Made by a program: the position numbers and the translations under genes. A stretch of 64,000 nucleotides of DNA from Nanobdellota archaeon (GTDB taxonomy: Archaea > Nanobdellota > Nanobdellia > Woesearchaeales > GW2011-AR4). Where the stretch lies: NCBI GenBank assembly GCA_038046385.1, contig JBBSWH010000005.1, positions 1 to 64,000 of the forward strand, in the 5' to 3' direction. Of the stretch, positions 48,465-58,216 are shown one piece after another; position 1 is the stretch's first letter, and the number at the start of each line of letters is the position of its first letter. The notes beneath the pieces are model-generated. The model did no database searches. It worked only from the letters and a program-made list of their open reading frames with translations, and was not told where the DNA came from.

Positions 48465-49130
48465 TCAGCTTTTCATCTCTCTTATGATGAATGGCAATAA
48501 CTTTATCTCTGCTTTTCTTAAATGCTCCTGAAAGGTTGCAAGAGATATTTTGGCTTCTTTTGCCAGCACTCTTAGCTCTGTTTTTCTCGGGTAAGTGTAA
48601 TAGCCCCTTTGATATGCAAGGATTATTGCTTTTCTTTGACTTAATGATAATTCTGGCAGGACATTTGGAAAATATATTTCTTTCAGTTTTTCATCCTGAA
48701 ATTTAAGCATTTCAAAGTAATCCATGTGCTTCTTCAGGGAGTTTACAAATTTCATCAGTATATTCTTGTCGTAAGCGGCAACATTCCAGTATTCAAACCC
48801 GTCTCTGGAGTTTATTACAGGAGCGACAAAAAACATTTCAGGGCTGTGGTAAAGCTGGACATGCTCGCCTGCTTTTCCCAAATCGACTTCATAGCTGTAG
48901 ATGCTTCCGGATATTTCCAGTTTTTTTATCCTTCTGTCTTTTTTTAAGTCCCTTATGAATGCTTTTTTGTTTTTTTCCTCTCCTTCCAGGAAATGGATTG
49001 CAGTAACATATTTTCTTCCATTTTTGCTGTAATTGGAAGTCGGATAAGCGTAGCTGTTGACTTTGAATTTCTCGCATCTTGGGACAATATGGCAGTCTTT
49101 ATGCATCAGCTTTAACTTTAAAATCCACAT
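48465..49130 (-). CDS. Bat-like HTH-10 transcriptional regulator
   Basis: LSLSQRKAIILAYQRGYYTYPRK...TFQEHLRKAE. Confidence 0.9.
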   Translation of the reverse strand: MWILKLKLMHKDCHIVPRCEKFKVNSYAYPTSNYSKNGRKYVTAIHFLEGEEKNKKAFIRDLKKDRRIKKLEISGSIYSYEVDLGKAGEHVQLYHSPEMFFVAPVINSRDGFEYWNVAAYDKNILMKFVNSLKKHMDYFEMLKFQDEKLKEIYFPNVLPELSLSQRKAIILAYQRGYYTYPRKTELRVLAKEAKISLATFQEHLRKAEIKLLPFIIREMKS

Positions 49131-49226
49131 AGCTCAAACAAGCCATGCATGTTTTAAATAATTTGTTATCCGTTGCCTTATAGTACATACAAAACCTTTA
49201 AATAGCCACTCTCGTTAATCGGGATT

Positions 49227-49436
49227 ATGACAAACAAACTTCTACCTTTGGCTGCAATGGAGAAACTCCTTAAGCAGGGAGGGGCAGAAAGGGTTTCTGA
49301 CAAGGCAAAAGTTGCATTGAAGAATGCATTGGAAGAGATTGCACACGAAATATCAGTCAAGTCTATCAAGCTCGCGATTCATGCAGGAAGGAAGACAGTC
49401 AAGGCAGAAGACATAAAGCTGGCTGTGAAAGATTAA
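49227..49436 (+). CDS. Archaeal histone
   Basis: LPLAAMEKL..GAERVS...HAGRKTVKAEDI. Confidence 0.95.
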   Translation: MTNKLLPLAAMEKLLKQGGAERVSDKAKVALKNALEEIAHEISVKSIKLAIHAGRKTVKAEDIKLAVKD

Positions 49437-49477
49437 ATTCTAGCATAATCTTTATAAATCAGGCGCAAAACCCAAGT

Positions 49478-49553
49478 ATGTTAATATCTAACATTTATAG
49501 CAGACATAATCTCACTGGCGTTCGGAATGTCTGCATTTTCGCAATTGAACGCT
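49478..49553 (+). ncRNA. Candidate structured 5' leader (H-type pseudoknot) of eIF5A-L40e
   Basis: Stem GCAGACAT/ATGTCTGC; loop GCGTTC complementary to downstream GAACGC; TATA TTTATAAA at 49451. Confidence 0.45.
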
Positions 49554-49588
49554 AAAAACAGAAAAATGAAAGGTAAACTATAAGAAAA

Positions 49589-49990
49589 ATGGCAGACACA
49601 AAATCAATCGGAGCAAACCAGATTCAAAAAGGCACTTCAATAGTACTTGACGGAGTTGCGTGCAAGGTTGTTGATGTTGAAATATCAAAACCAGGCAAGC
49701 ACGGGCACTCTAAAGTAAAACTTTCTGCTGTTGGCCTGATTGATGACAGAAAAAGAATAGTTGTAATGCCTGGGCATGACGCCATTGAAGTCCCTATAAT
49801 AGGCAAGAAAAGCGCACAGGTATTGTCTGTGCAGGGTAATATGGCAAATGTAATGGATGCTGAAACTTACGAGACATTTGATCTTAAAATTCCGGATGAG
49901 CTTAAAGGGCAGGTTGTTGACGGATGCTCTATTCTTTACTGGAACATCATGGGCGACAGAGTACTAAAACAAGTAAAAGGGAGCGAATAA
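49589..49990 (+). CDS. eif5a: Translation factor eIF-5A
   Basis: SKPGKHGHSK hypusine loop. Confidence 0.95.
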   Translation: MADTKSIGANQIQKGTSIVLDGVACKVVDVEISKPGKHGHSKVKLSAVGLIDDRKRIVVMPGHDAIEVPIIGKKSAQVLSVQGNMANVMDAETYETFDLKIPDELKGQVVDGCSILYWNIMGDRVLKQVKGSE

Positions 49991-49992
49991 TA

Positions 49993-50154
49993 ATGGTTAA
50001 ATTTCATGAAGCTGAGGTAAGAAAGTTTAGGAATGTTTTTGTCTGCAGAAAGTGCAAGACAAAGAGAAAATCACCTAACGTGAAGATTATACAGGGCAAG
50101 ATAAAATGCCGCAGATGCGGAAGCAAGGCATTCAAGGCCGTAAGGAAGAAGTAA
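49993..50154 (+). CDS. rpl40e: 50S ribosomal protein L40e
   Basis: MVKFHEAE...VCRKC...KCRRCG. Confidence 0.85.
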   Translation: MVKFHEAEVRKFRNVFVCRKCKTKRKSPNVKIIQGKIKCRRCGSKAFKAVRKK

Positions 50155-50156
50155 AC

Positions 50157-51347
50157 ATGGACTTTGAGTCAATAGCTTCTATAATCTTTCTTTTGATTCT
50201 TGGGATTTTGCTTTATAGAAACAGAAGCAAGCTTGATACAAAACAGATTATTCCCTATATTCTTTATTTTTCAATGTACAGGACCAAATTGGGACTTTCT
50301 TTGATGGATAAATGGTCGTCTAAATACAGAAAATTGACTGTTTGGATTGGATATTTTGGGATTGTCATCGGATTTATTGGAATGGCCTTGATAAGCTTCA
50401 GCTTAATCCAAAATCTTTTTATGCTGTTTACAAAACCAGCAGCTTCTTCAGGCGTTGGATTGGTTTTGCCGTTCAAGGCAAAGGGTGTTTTTTATGTTCC
50501 TTTCTTTTACTGGATAATTTCAATATTTGTTATTGCTGTTGTGCATGAATTTTCCCATGGATTAATTGCGCGCGCCAATAATATAAAAGTCAAATCTTCT
50601 GGATTTGCATTTCTTGCCTTGCTTGTTCCAATAATTCCTGCTGCTTTTGTCGAGCCTGATGAAAAAACACTGAAGAAAAGGCCTTACAAAGAGCAGTTAA
50701 GCATATTTGCAGCAGGCCCTTTGGCGAATATTGTGCTTGCGTTTTTGTTAATTGGGGCAATGTTTGCAATAACCCCTAAGATTGATTCGATGATTGTTCC
50801 TAATGGGGTCGTTATTTCTGATTATGTTAAGGGTGATTTTCCTGCAAAAGCATCCGGTATGCAGATTGGCGAGATAGTGCAGCAGATTGACAGCAATCCT
50901 GTTGAATATGTAGATAATCTTTCCATGGTTTTGAAGTCTAAAAAACCAGGAGATGCTGTAACGCTAAAAACAGATAAATCGTCTTATCAGATAACACTTG
51001 GAAAAAACCCTGACAATGAAACAAGTGCATATCTTGGAGCATATCTCGGGCAGAGCACAAAAATAAATGATGATTTCAAAGCAAGATACGGTGAATTTGT
51101 TCCGAATGCATTGATATGGGTGTACGGGCTTATGGTTATTATGATTGTTCTTAATCTTGGAATTGGGCTGTTTAACCTTGTTCCTCTTGGCCCATTAGAC
51201 GGAGGAAGAATGCTTCAGCTTGCAATGCACAAGTTTTTCGGCGTTGAGAAGGGAAACAAATACTGGTATTATATTGGGATGTTTTTCCTTGCTATAATTT
51301 TTATAAACATAGCAGCAGGGTTTGGGTTCTTGAAATTGTTTAGATAA
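50157..51347 (+). CDS. Site-2 protease (M50) with PDZ domain
   Basis: HEFSH, AFVEP, AAGP, FNLVPLGPLDGG. Confidence 0.93.
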   Translation: MDFESIASIIFLLILGILLYRNRSKLDTKQIIPYILYFSMYRTKLGLSLMDKWSSKYRKLTVWIGYFGIVIGFIGMALISFSLIQNLFMLFTKPAASSGVGLVLPFKAKGVFYVPFFYWIISIFVIAVVHEFSHGLIARANNIKVKSSGFAFLALLVPIIPAAFVEPDEKTLKKRPYKEQLSIFAAGPLANIVLAFLLIGAMFAITPKIDSMIVPNGVVISDYVKGDFPAKASGMQIGEIVQQIDSNPVEYVDNLSMVLKSKKPGDAVTLKTDKSSYQITLGKNPDNETSAYLGAYLGQSTKINDDFKARYGEFVPNALIWVYGLMVIMIVLNLGIGLFNLVPLGPLDGGRMLQLAMHKFFGVEKGNKYWYYIGMFFLAIIFINIAAGFGFLKLFR

Positions 51348-51420
51348 CGCAAAATTGCTAGTAATAAATAGGTAATTTTGCTGGATTGAAAATTTCAAAT
51401 GCACGAAATTTACGATAGAA

Positions 51421-51741
51421 TTATTGTTTCTGCCTGCTTTCAACATACTCTTTAACACGGTCGTTGATTGCAGGCTTTGCGTTTGGACCAAGAGCGTAAT
51501 ATATCTTTTCAGCTTCTGTGCCCCATGAATAATCACCTTTTGTCTTCTCAACTTTGTTGATTTCAAATTCGCCAAGGGAAACCCCTTTCCTTAAATGATA
51601 ATAAATGCTTCTTAATGTGACTTTTGGAAATATTGCAACGTAAATCTTGTAGATTTCATACCCATATGCTTTTTTTATGAAATGGAGTATCTCGACAACA
51701 TTCTGCCTTATCTCTGATTTTACCGGGCGTCCTTTTTTCAT
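51421..51741 (-). CDS. Winged-helix protein
   Basis: GRPVKSEIR...YGYEIY...RSIYYHL. Confidence 0.8.
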   Translation of the reverse strand: MKKGRPVKSEIRQNVVEILHFIKKAYGYEIYKIYVAIFPKVTLRSIYYHLRKGVSLGEFEINKVEKTKGDYSWGTEAEKIYYALGPNAKPAINDRVKEYVESRQKQ

Positions 51742-51845
51742 AGAAATGATAATTATTTACTTATATTTATAATTATTGTTTCAATATGGAAAAGAAGATG
51801 AAAATATAGGATAAATTTTTATAGTAATAATATATAATAACTAAA

Positions 51846-52439
51846 ATGATTGACTTAAGGAGGGTTGCAATAATATTTGTGATTGCCGTATTGTATGCGA
51901 TATTTGTCAATGCAATAATAGACGCAGTCTATCCTTCTCCGAGATATGAAGACTTTTGCAAAGGAAGGTATACTCCTGAAAAGGCTTATGCAGTGGCTCC
52001 AGTAGGCTTTAATTGCGGAGTTTTGAGCCAGATAGAACAGGACAAGGCAAACAGCTGCTATGATGAAAAAGGCTATCCAGAATATACTTATGATTCAAAC
52101 GGATGCCAGTCAAAATTCAAGGAATGCAATTACTGCCAGAAAGATTTTGATACTTCAAACCAAAGATACAACCTTTACTTTTTTATAATATCGTCAATAC
52201 TTGCGCTTGTCGCGATTGGGATAGGATTATCGCTTCCATCTTCCGATGGATTGAATGAGTGGATTGCAACCGGCTTTATGCTGGGGGGATTGTTTACACT
52301 GTTCTTCGGCACTTTCAGGTATTATCAGTACCTTGGAAGGTTTGTAAAGCCAGCGGTTATATTGGCAGAATTGCTCATCATAATCTATCTTTCATACAAG
52401 AAGCTAAGGGATGTTAAGGGCAAGAAAAAGAAAAGGTAG
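51846..52439 (+). CDS. Membrane protein with Cys-rich extracellular loop
   Basis: 4 TM segments, six Cys in the loop. Confidence 0.8.
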   Translation: MIDLRRVAIIFVIAVLYAIFVNAIIDAVYPSPRYEDFCKGRYTPEKAYAVAPVGFNCGVLSQIEQDKANSCYDEKGYPEYTYDSNGCQSKFKECNYCQKDFDTSNQRYNLYFFIISSILALVAIGIGLSLPSSDGLNEWIATGFMLGGLFTLFFGTFRYYQYLGRFVKPAVILAELLIIIYLSYKKLRDVKGKKKKR

Positions 52440-52470
52440 ATTTATTATTAGTTCTTGATTAGTTTATTCA

Positions 52471-53571
52471 ATGAAACACCTTTTATTTTTATCAGGGGAT
52501 TATATCGGGCTTGGGAAAGAGGAAGTTTTGAGTTTGTTTGATGCTAAGAGTGTTAAACTGATTAATCATGTTTTGATTGCTGATTTAGAGCCTTCAGATA
52601 GTTTTCAGAGACTTGCACTAACAAAACAAGTTTACAAAGCTCTTTTTGAGTGCAAAACAAATGAGTTGGTTGATTCAATTAAAAATTTTGATTGGGATTC
52701 TGTTTACAAAAAGGATTTCTGCTTACGTGTTCATAATTTAGACAATAATAGCTCAATAAATAAAAAACTCATTGATAATAAATCAAATAAAAAAGATATA
52801 ATAAAAATAAATAATTTAAAAAGTTTCTCTGAAAGAAAACTTGCCGGTTATATCTGGGATAAGCTGAAAAATCCAAAAGTAAGCCTTCAGAATCCAAAAA
52901 CTTTGATTGCAGTTGTAATTGCAAAAAATAAAGCTTACTGCGGCGTTCTTGAATATGAAAACAATGAGGATTTTGAATCGCGTAAATCTCATCTGAGGCC
53001 TTTTCCGCATCCAAGTTCATTGCATCCGAAGATTGCAAGGGCGTTGATAAATCTTACAGGAATAAAGCAAAATGAGATTCTTCTCGATCCTTTCTGCGGC
53101 ACCGGAGGTTTTTTTATTGAAGCAGGATTAATGAACATAAAATCTGTTGGCTATGACATAAATAAAGTAATGGCAGAAGGGTGCATCGCCAATCTTGAGC
53201 ATTATAAAAATAATAACTATAAAATAAAAATAAAAGATGCTGCTGATATTACGGATAAATTTGACTGTCTTGTAACAGACTTGCCTTATGGGTTGAATTC
53301 AAATGCTGTTTCACAGCAGGATAGAAAATCATTGAAGACGCACAGGATAAACAAAAAAATACAGAAAAAAGATTTTGTAAAAGATTTGGAGGAGTTTTAT
53401 TCTGAGTTTCTGAAAAATTTAAGGAAAAAAATAAAGAAAAAGGCAGTTATAGTTTTCCCAAGCTATGCTGACTACAAAAAACTGCTTAAGAAAAACGGAT
53501 TCAAGATAGAATTTGAATATTCTGATTATGTTCACAGGAGCTTAACGAGAAAGATGGTGAGGGTAAGCTAA
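52471..53571 (+). CDS. tRNA m2G10 methyltransferase-like (THUMP plus MTase; Trm11/TrmG10)
   Basis: RPFPHPSSLHPKIARALIN, DPFCGTGG, TDLPYG. Confidence 0.85.
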   Translation: MKHLLFLSGDYIGLGKEEVLSLFDAKSVKLINHVLIADLEPSDSFQRLALTKQVYKALFECKTNELVDSIKNFDWDSVYKKDFCLRVHNLDNNSSINKKLIDNKSNKKDIIKINNLKSFSERKLAGYIWDKLKNPKVSLQNPKTLIAVVIAKNKAYCGVLEYENNEDFESRKSHLRPFPHPSSLHPKIARALINLTGIKQNEILLDPFCGTGGFFIEAGLMNIKSVGYDINKVMAEGCIANLEHYKNNNYKIKIKDAADITDKFDCLVTDLPYGLNSNAVSQQDRKSLKTHRINKKIQKKDFVKDLEEFYSEFLKNLRKKIKKKAVIVFPSYADYKKLLKKNGFKIEFEYSDYVHRSLTRKMVRVS

Positions 53572-53634
53572 GTCAATCGTATTGATTTATAATTTATCAA
53601 TAAATTATTTAAACTACTTAGATAATGTAATTAT

Positions 53635-54393
53635 ATGAATAAATATAAGATTATTGTTATATTAATACTATTTATAAGTATTATTCCTCTATCTCTAGGA
53701 GTTAAATTTGCCTCAGAACCATATAAAGACAAAACAGATATATTAGTACTTAGTCTTAATGGATCTGCAGAGAGGATATTAAGGTCTTATTATTTTAATC
53801 CAACCGAAAGAGGAGTGAATCAGCCTTATTCTTTTACTTCAGATGATTATTTTTATTCTAATGATCCTCATGTTGTAGATAGTTTTGGATACCCTCTCAT
53901 TATTGATGGAGTTCAACAGAAAGTAAAAATAGAAAATATAACGTTAAATGGGAAGCAAATTTTTCGTTATTCTTTTGGTCCTGTAGGGTTTTATGTTAAT
54001 GCAAAAGCTGCTGATTATATTGAATTTCACGAACCGATATCTAGATACTGGAATGGCAAAAATTTCGCAATAAGACAAAAAATAGTCACTTTTGATGAAG
54101 TTAAAAATTTGAGAGTTGAGTTTAAAATTCCAAAATATTCTCAATCAATATTTTATGATTATTCTCCATTCTTGACTAAAATTGAACCTGCCCCAAATAG
54201 TATTTATGAAACCCCTAATGAGAAAATTTTTGTTTGGAATTTAGGAGAACTATCATTAGGAGATTTCTTTTATATAGATTTTGAAGGAGGGTATAAAACA
54301 TCTTGGTTCCCTTTTATAGATAAAATAATTGCCGGGATAATAGGATTTTTAGTTGCGGCTTTATTTGGAATAAAACTAGCAAGAAAAAAATAA
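53635..54393 (+). CDS. Secreted/membrane-anchored hypothetical protein (AT-rich)
   Basis: Signal peptide and C-terminal TM followed by KLARKK. Confidence 0.75.
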   Translation: MNKYKIIVILILFISIIPLSLGVKFASEPYKDKTDILVLSLNGSAERILRSYYFNPTERGVNQPYSFTSDDYFYSNDPHVVDSFGYPLIIDGVQQKVKIENITLNGKQIFRYSFGPVGFYVNAKAADYIEFHEPISRYWNGKNFAIRQKIVTFDEVKNLRVEFKIPKYSQSIFYDYSPFLTKIEPAPNSIYETPNEKIFVWNLGELSLGDFFYIDFEGGYKTSWFPFIDKIIAGIIGFLVAALFGIKLARKK

Positions 54394-54438
54394 TGATACC
54401 TGCATTTTAAAGAAATTTTATTCCTAATCTAAATAATG

Positions 54439-55443
54439 CTAACCATACTGATTAACTCTCAAAACCTTGGTAGCGCCTTTTTCCAGTATCCTCTGCCTTT
54501 CTGCATGAACTCCGAAGCCTATCTCTTTTGCAAATTTATCAAGCTGCTTGGCTCCAATATAAAGGCTCCACATATTGTGCCTTGTGCTTCTTAAAAGAGG
54601 CTTGCAGTCATAGCCAAGCATTGCCAAAAGCCTGTGAAGGTACTTGATTTCCTTTTCATTGCGCATTTCAATTCTTACATACCGGCTTTTGCCAAAATAG
54701 GCAGTTCCTTCGCCTATCATCATCCCTCTTGTGTAGGCTGCTGCCAACTTTGGATCTCTGGAGCATAAATCCTTGATTGTGTTTTCTAGAGAAAGAACCA
54801 AATCAATAGCTAAAGCATTGTTAAAGCAAAGTTTATATTTTACAAGCTTGTTGTAGTCCTCGTTTTTGAATTTCAAAATAGGATGATTTATCAGTTTTTT
54901 AATGTCTTTAGTAATAATTTTCATGCCACGCGGTATTATAACATCAACATAAGAATCGTTAGCCGGTAAGTGTGTATTAAGCCATTTTATCATGTAATTT
55001 ATGACTGACGGCTCTGAATTTGTAAACCTGAATTTTCTTGGCCTGTGCTTGGCGTTTGAGCCATTATCGCCTTCTGCAAAGTATAAAGCAAAACCTTCAA
55101 CGAAGAATTCATTAATAGGCAATTCTGTAGGTATTACTAAGGGAGATTTATCGTGCGAACCCCAATGATAAAAGCCTAGAACATTGTTGTAGACTTCTTC
55201 TTGACCTACGCCAAGAATTTCAGTGATTTTTAGGACTCTTGCGAAAGGATGGTAAATATTATGAGTAAATTCTGATCTAAAAGTGTTGTAATTAACCCCT
55301 AAAATATCATTGCTAAATTTTTCCATTCCATATTCTTTTACAATTGCGTTCTTTAACCTGCCAAAAAAGCTGTCAGTAATCTTAACGTGTATTCTATTAA
55401 ACTGCTTCAGATAATCAAATGTTGTAATTTTTGTTGAGTTCAT
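54439..55443 (-). CDS. Free-standing double-motif LAGLIDADG endonuclease-like protein
   Basis: FALYFAEGD...FTNSEP and AYTRGMMIGEG motifs; no intein splice residues. Confidence 0.82.
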   Translation of the reverse strand: MNSTKITTFDYLKQFNRIHVKITDSFFGRLKNAIVKEYGMEKFSNDILGVNYNTFRSEFTHNIYHPFARVLKITEILGVGQEEVYNNVLGFYHWGSHDKSPLVIPTELPINEFFVEGFALYFAEGDNGSNAKHRPRKFRFTNSEPSVINYMIKWLNTHLPANDSYVDVIIPRGMKIITKDIKKLINHPILKFKNEDYNKLVKYKLCFNNALAIDLVLSLENTIKDLCSRDPKLAAAYTRGMMIGEGTAYFGKSRYVRIEMRNEKEIKYLHRLLAMLGYDCKPLLRSTRHNMWSLYIGAKQLDKFAKEIGFGVHAERQRILEKGATKVLRVNQYG

Positions 55444-55545
55444 TTTAAATCACCAAGTTTTACTGTGTTGAGGCTGCGTAAAAGAGTTTTGACAAAGTCA
55501 AAAGGCTTAATTTGGCAACCGAGACAATACTTAAGGTGATTAAAA
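55444..55545 (-). promoter_or_regulatory. Long 5' leader hairpin occluding the SD of the LAGLIDADG gene
   Basis: AATCACC/GGTGATT outer stem covers the GGTGAT SD; inner GGTTGC/GCAGCC; apical TTTTGAC-TTT-GTCAAAA. Confidence 0.5.
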
Positions 55546-55626
55546 GTATTGAATGAAACAGAAATAGTATTGATTACTGGTTTAAATAGTTTACACGAGA
55601 ATGTCCAGTGGTATTTTGTCCAGTGG

Positions 55627-58041
55627 CTATCGCTTTTTACGTATTTTCTTTTCTAACTTGCCTATAGCCATTGTAGTTTTAATGACAGTATCCGGATTCA
55701 ACGATATGCTGTCTATGCCACATTGTACTAAAAATAGCGCAAAGTCCTCATAATCGCTGCTCGCTTGTCCGCAAATTCCGATCTTTGTATGATTTCGTTT
55801 GCATTTGTGAATTGCTTCCCAAATCATTCTCTTGACAGCAGGATTGCGTTCGTCATACAGTCTCGATACAAGTTCAGAGTCTCTATCCAAACCAAGCGTC
55901 AATTGCGTCAAATCATTGCTTCCGATTGAAAATCCGTCAAATACCTTGGCAAATTCATCTGCAAGAATCACGTTGGCTGGAATTTCGCACATGACATAAA
56001 TCTCAAGCTCGTTCTTTCCCCTTTCAAGCCCGTATTTCTTCATTTCTGCAACAACTGCCTTTCCTTCGTCAACTGTCCTGCAGAATGGTATCATGAGCTT
56101 TATGTTTGTAAGTCCCATTTCTTCTCTTGCTTTTTTCATTGCCAAACATTCAAGAGCAAAAGCTTCCCTGTAATTGCCGGTGTAGTATCTTGAAGCGCCT
56201 CTCCACCCAATCATTGGATTTTCTTCTTTTGGCTCAAAATCATGTCCGCCAATCAGATTGGCGTATTCGTTTGACTTAAAATCGGACATTCTTACGATAA
56301 CATCTTTCGGATAGAATGCGGCTGCAATCATTGCAACTCCCTGTGAAAGCTTTTCTATGAAAAAATCAGTCTTGCTTTTGTAAGGATATGCAAGCTCGTC
56401 AATTATTGCCTTTACTTTCTTATCCTTTAATTTTGAGTAATGCATCAGCGCAAGAGGGTGCACTTTTATGTAGGAGCTTATGATAAACTCCTCCCTCGCC
56501 AATCCAACACCGTCATTTGGAATGAATGAGAATTCAAAAGCGCTGTCGGGGTTGCCGACGTTCATCATTATTTTTGTTTTTGGCCTGGTTAATTTTCTTA
56601 AGTCTGTTTTTTTTACATCATACTTTAATTTGCCGCTGTAAACATTTCCAACTTCCCCTTCTGCGCAGGATACTGTGACATCAATTCCGTTTTTGATAAG
56701 CTCTGTGCCGTTCTCTGTTCCGACAATTGCAGGTATTCCGAGCTCTCTTGCTATTATTGCAGCGTGCGCTGTTCTTCCGCCCTTGTTTGTTACAATGGCA
56801 GATGCAATTTTCATAATAGGCTCCCAGTCCGGGTCTGTTTTTTCTGTTATCAGAATTTCTCCCTGCTTGAAATTTCCGATGTCATTGGCATTTTTTATCA
56901 CATGGGATTTTCCAACTCCTATTTTTCTTCCAACACTCAATCCTGTTGCAATGATTTTGCTTCTTCCTTTTAGTATATATTCTTCAAAGAAATTGAAATT
57001 CTTCTGGCTTTGGACAGTTTCCGGCCTTGCCTGCACTATGAAAAGCTGTCCTGTAATGCCATCTTTTGCCCACTCCATATCCATCGGCTTGAATTTTTTT
57101 GCCTTCTTGGAATAATAATCTTCTATTATGCATGCCCACTCTGCAAGTTTCAGAATTTCATTGTCATTGATGACGAATTTGAAGCGGTCTTCATATGGCA
57201 CTTCTACGTTTTCTGTTGTTTGCTTAACTTTGTCACTGTAAATCATCTTTATTCTTTTGCTACCGAGCTTTTTGCTTAAAATCGGCTTGAAGCCTTTTTT
57301 CAGAGTCGGCTTGAAAACATAAAACTGGTCTGGATTAACTGCGCCAAGAACAACATTTTCTCCAAGTCCGTAAGAGCCTGTAATGAGAGCAGCGTCCTTG
57401 AAACCAGTTTCTGTGTCTATTGAGAACATTACTCCGGAGCATGCCTTGTCGCTCCTAACCATTTTCTGCACTCCAATTGACAATGCAATCTTAAAATGGT
57501 CAAACTTTTTATCGACTCTGTATGAAATTGCGCGGTTTGTGAATAATGAAGCAAAACACTTTTTGCATGCTTCTATAAGGGCGTGGTCGCCCCTTATGTT
57601 AAGGTAAGTTTCCTGCTGGCCTGCAAAGCTTGCATCAGGCAAATCTTCTGCTGTTGCAGAGCTTCTTACTGCAACGTCTGTGTTTGGACCATATTCCTTG
57701 CACAGTTTTTTGTAAGATGCTGTTATTTCTTCTACTAGCTCTTTTGGAAACTCTGCTTTTAATATTATTTCACGCACTTTTCTTCCCCTTTCGGAGAGGT
57801 TATGCATGTTTCCTGTATCGAGCCCTTTCAGCGTGTTTTTTATGTTGTCCCTTATCTTTGCCTTTTCAAGAAGATAATTGTAAGCGTATGCCGTTACTGC
57901 AAATCCGTTTGGAATTCTAACTCCTTTTGAAGTTAAATTTCTGTACATCTCCCCTAAAGAAGCATTTTTTCCGCCGACGAGAGGAACATCTTCTATTGAA
58001 AGCTCATTAAACCATAGAATAAACCTCTTTTTTTTATCCAA
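55627..58041 (-). CDS. ppsA: Phosphoenolpyruvate synthase
   Basis: VGGKNASLGEM, RSSATAED, GGRTAHAAI, GFSIGSNDLTQL. Confidence 0.95.
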   Translation of the reverse strand: MDKKKRFILWFNELSIEDVPLVGGKNASLGEMYRNLTSKGVRIPNGFAVTAYAYNYLLEKAKIRDNIKNTLKGLDTGNMHNLSERGRKVREIILKAEFPKELVEEITASYKKLCKEYGPNTDVAVRSSATAEDLPDASFAGQQETYLNIRGDHALIEACKKCFASLFTNRAISYRVDKKFDHFKIALSIGVQKMVRSDKACSGVMFSIDTETGFKDAALITGSYGLGENVVLGAVNPDQFYVFKPTLKKGFKPILSKKLGSKRIKMIYSDKVKQTTENVEVPYEDRFKFVINDNEILKLAEWACIIEDYYSKKAKKFKPMDMEWAKDGITGQLFIVQARPETVQSQKNFNFFEEYILKGRSKIIATGLSVGRKIGVGKSHVIKNANDIGNFKQGEILITEKTDPDWEPIMKIASAIVTNKGGRTAHAAIIARELGIPAIVGTENGTELIKNGIDVTVSCAEGEVGNVYSGKLKYDVKKTDLRKLTRPKTKIMMNVGNPDSAFEFSFIPNDGVGLAREEFIISSYIKVHPLALMHYSKLKDKKVKAIIDELAYPYKSKTDFFIEKLSQGVAMIAAAFYPKDVIVRMSDFKSNEYANLIGGHDFEPKEENPMIGWRGASRYYTGNYREAFALECLAMKKAREEMGLTNIKLMIPFCRTVDEGKAVVAEMKKYGLERGKNELEIYVMCEIPANVILADEFAKVFDGFSIGSNDLTQLTLGLDRDSELVSRLYDERNPAVKRMIWEAIHKCKRNHTKIGICGQASSDYEDFALFLVQCGIDSISLNPDTVIKTTMAIGKLEKKIRKKR

Positions 58042-58216
58042 AATATCGCCTCTTGAATTAAATTGCTTTTTTGTCTTATTTAAAGGTATCGAAAATTAAA
58101 AATGTTACACCTTTAAATTAGAAAATCTTTGATTTTCTCCATATAAAGCTTGTGATTTTATAGTTCCAACAAGAAAATTTAAATATATTAGCGGAAAACT
58201 AACTATTGTGAATTGA

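Noticed and set aside
54439-58041. LAGLIDADG ORF as a ppsA intein or intron
   Set aside because: ppsA is complete with its own stop, and the nuclease ORF is separate with no splice-junction residues.
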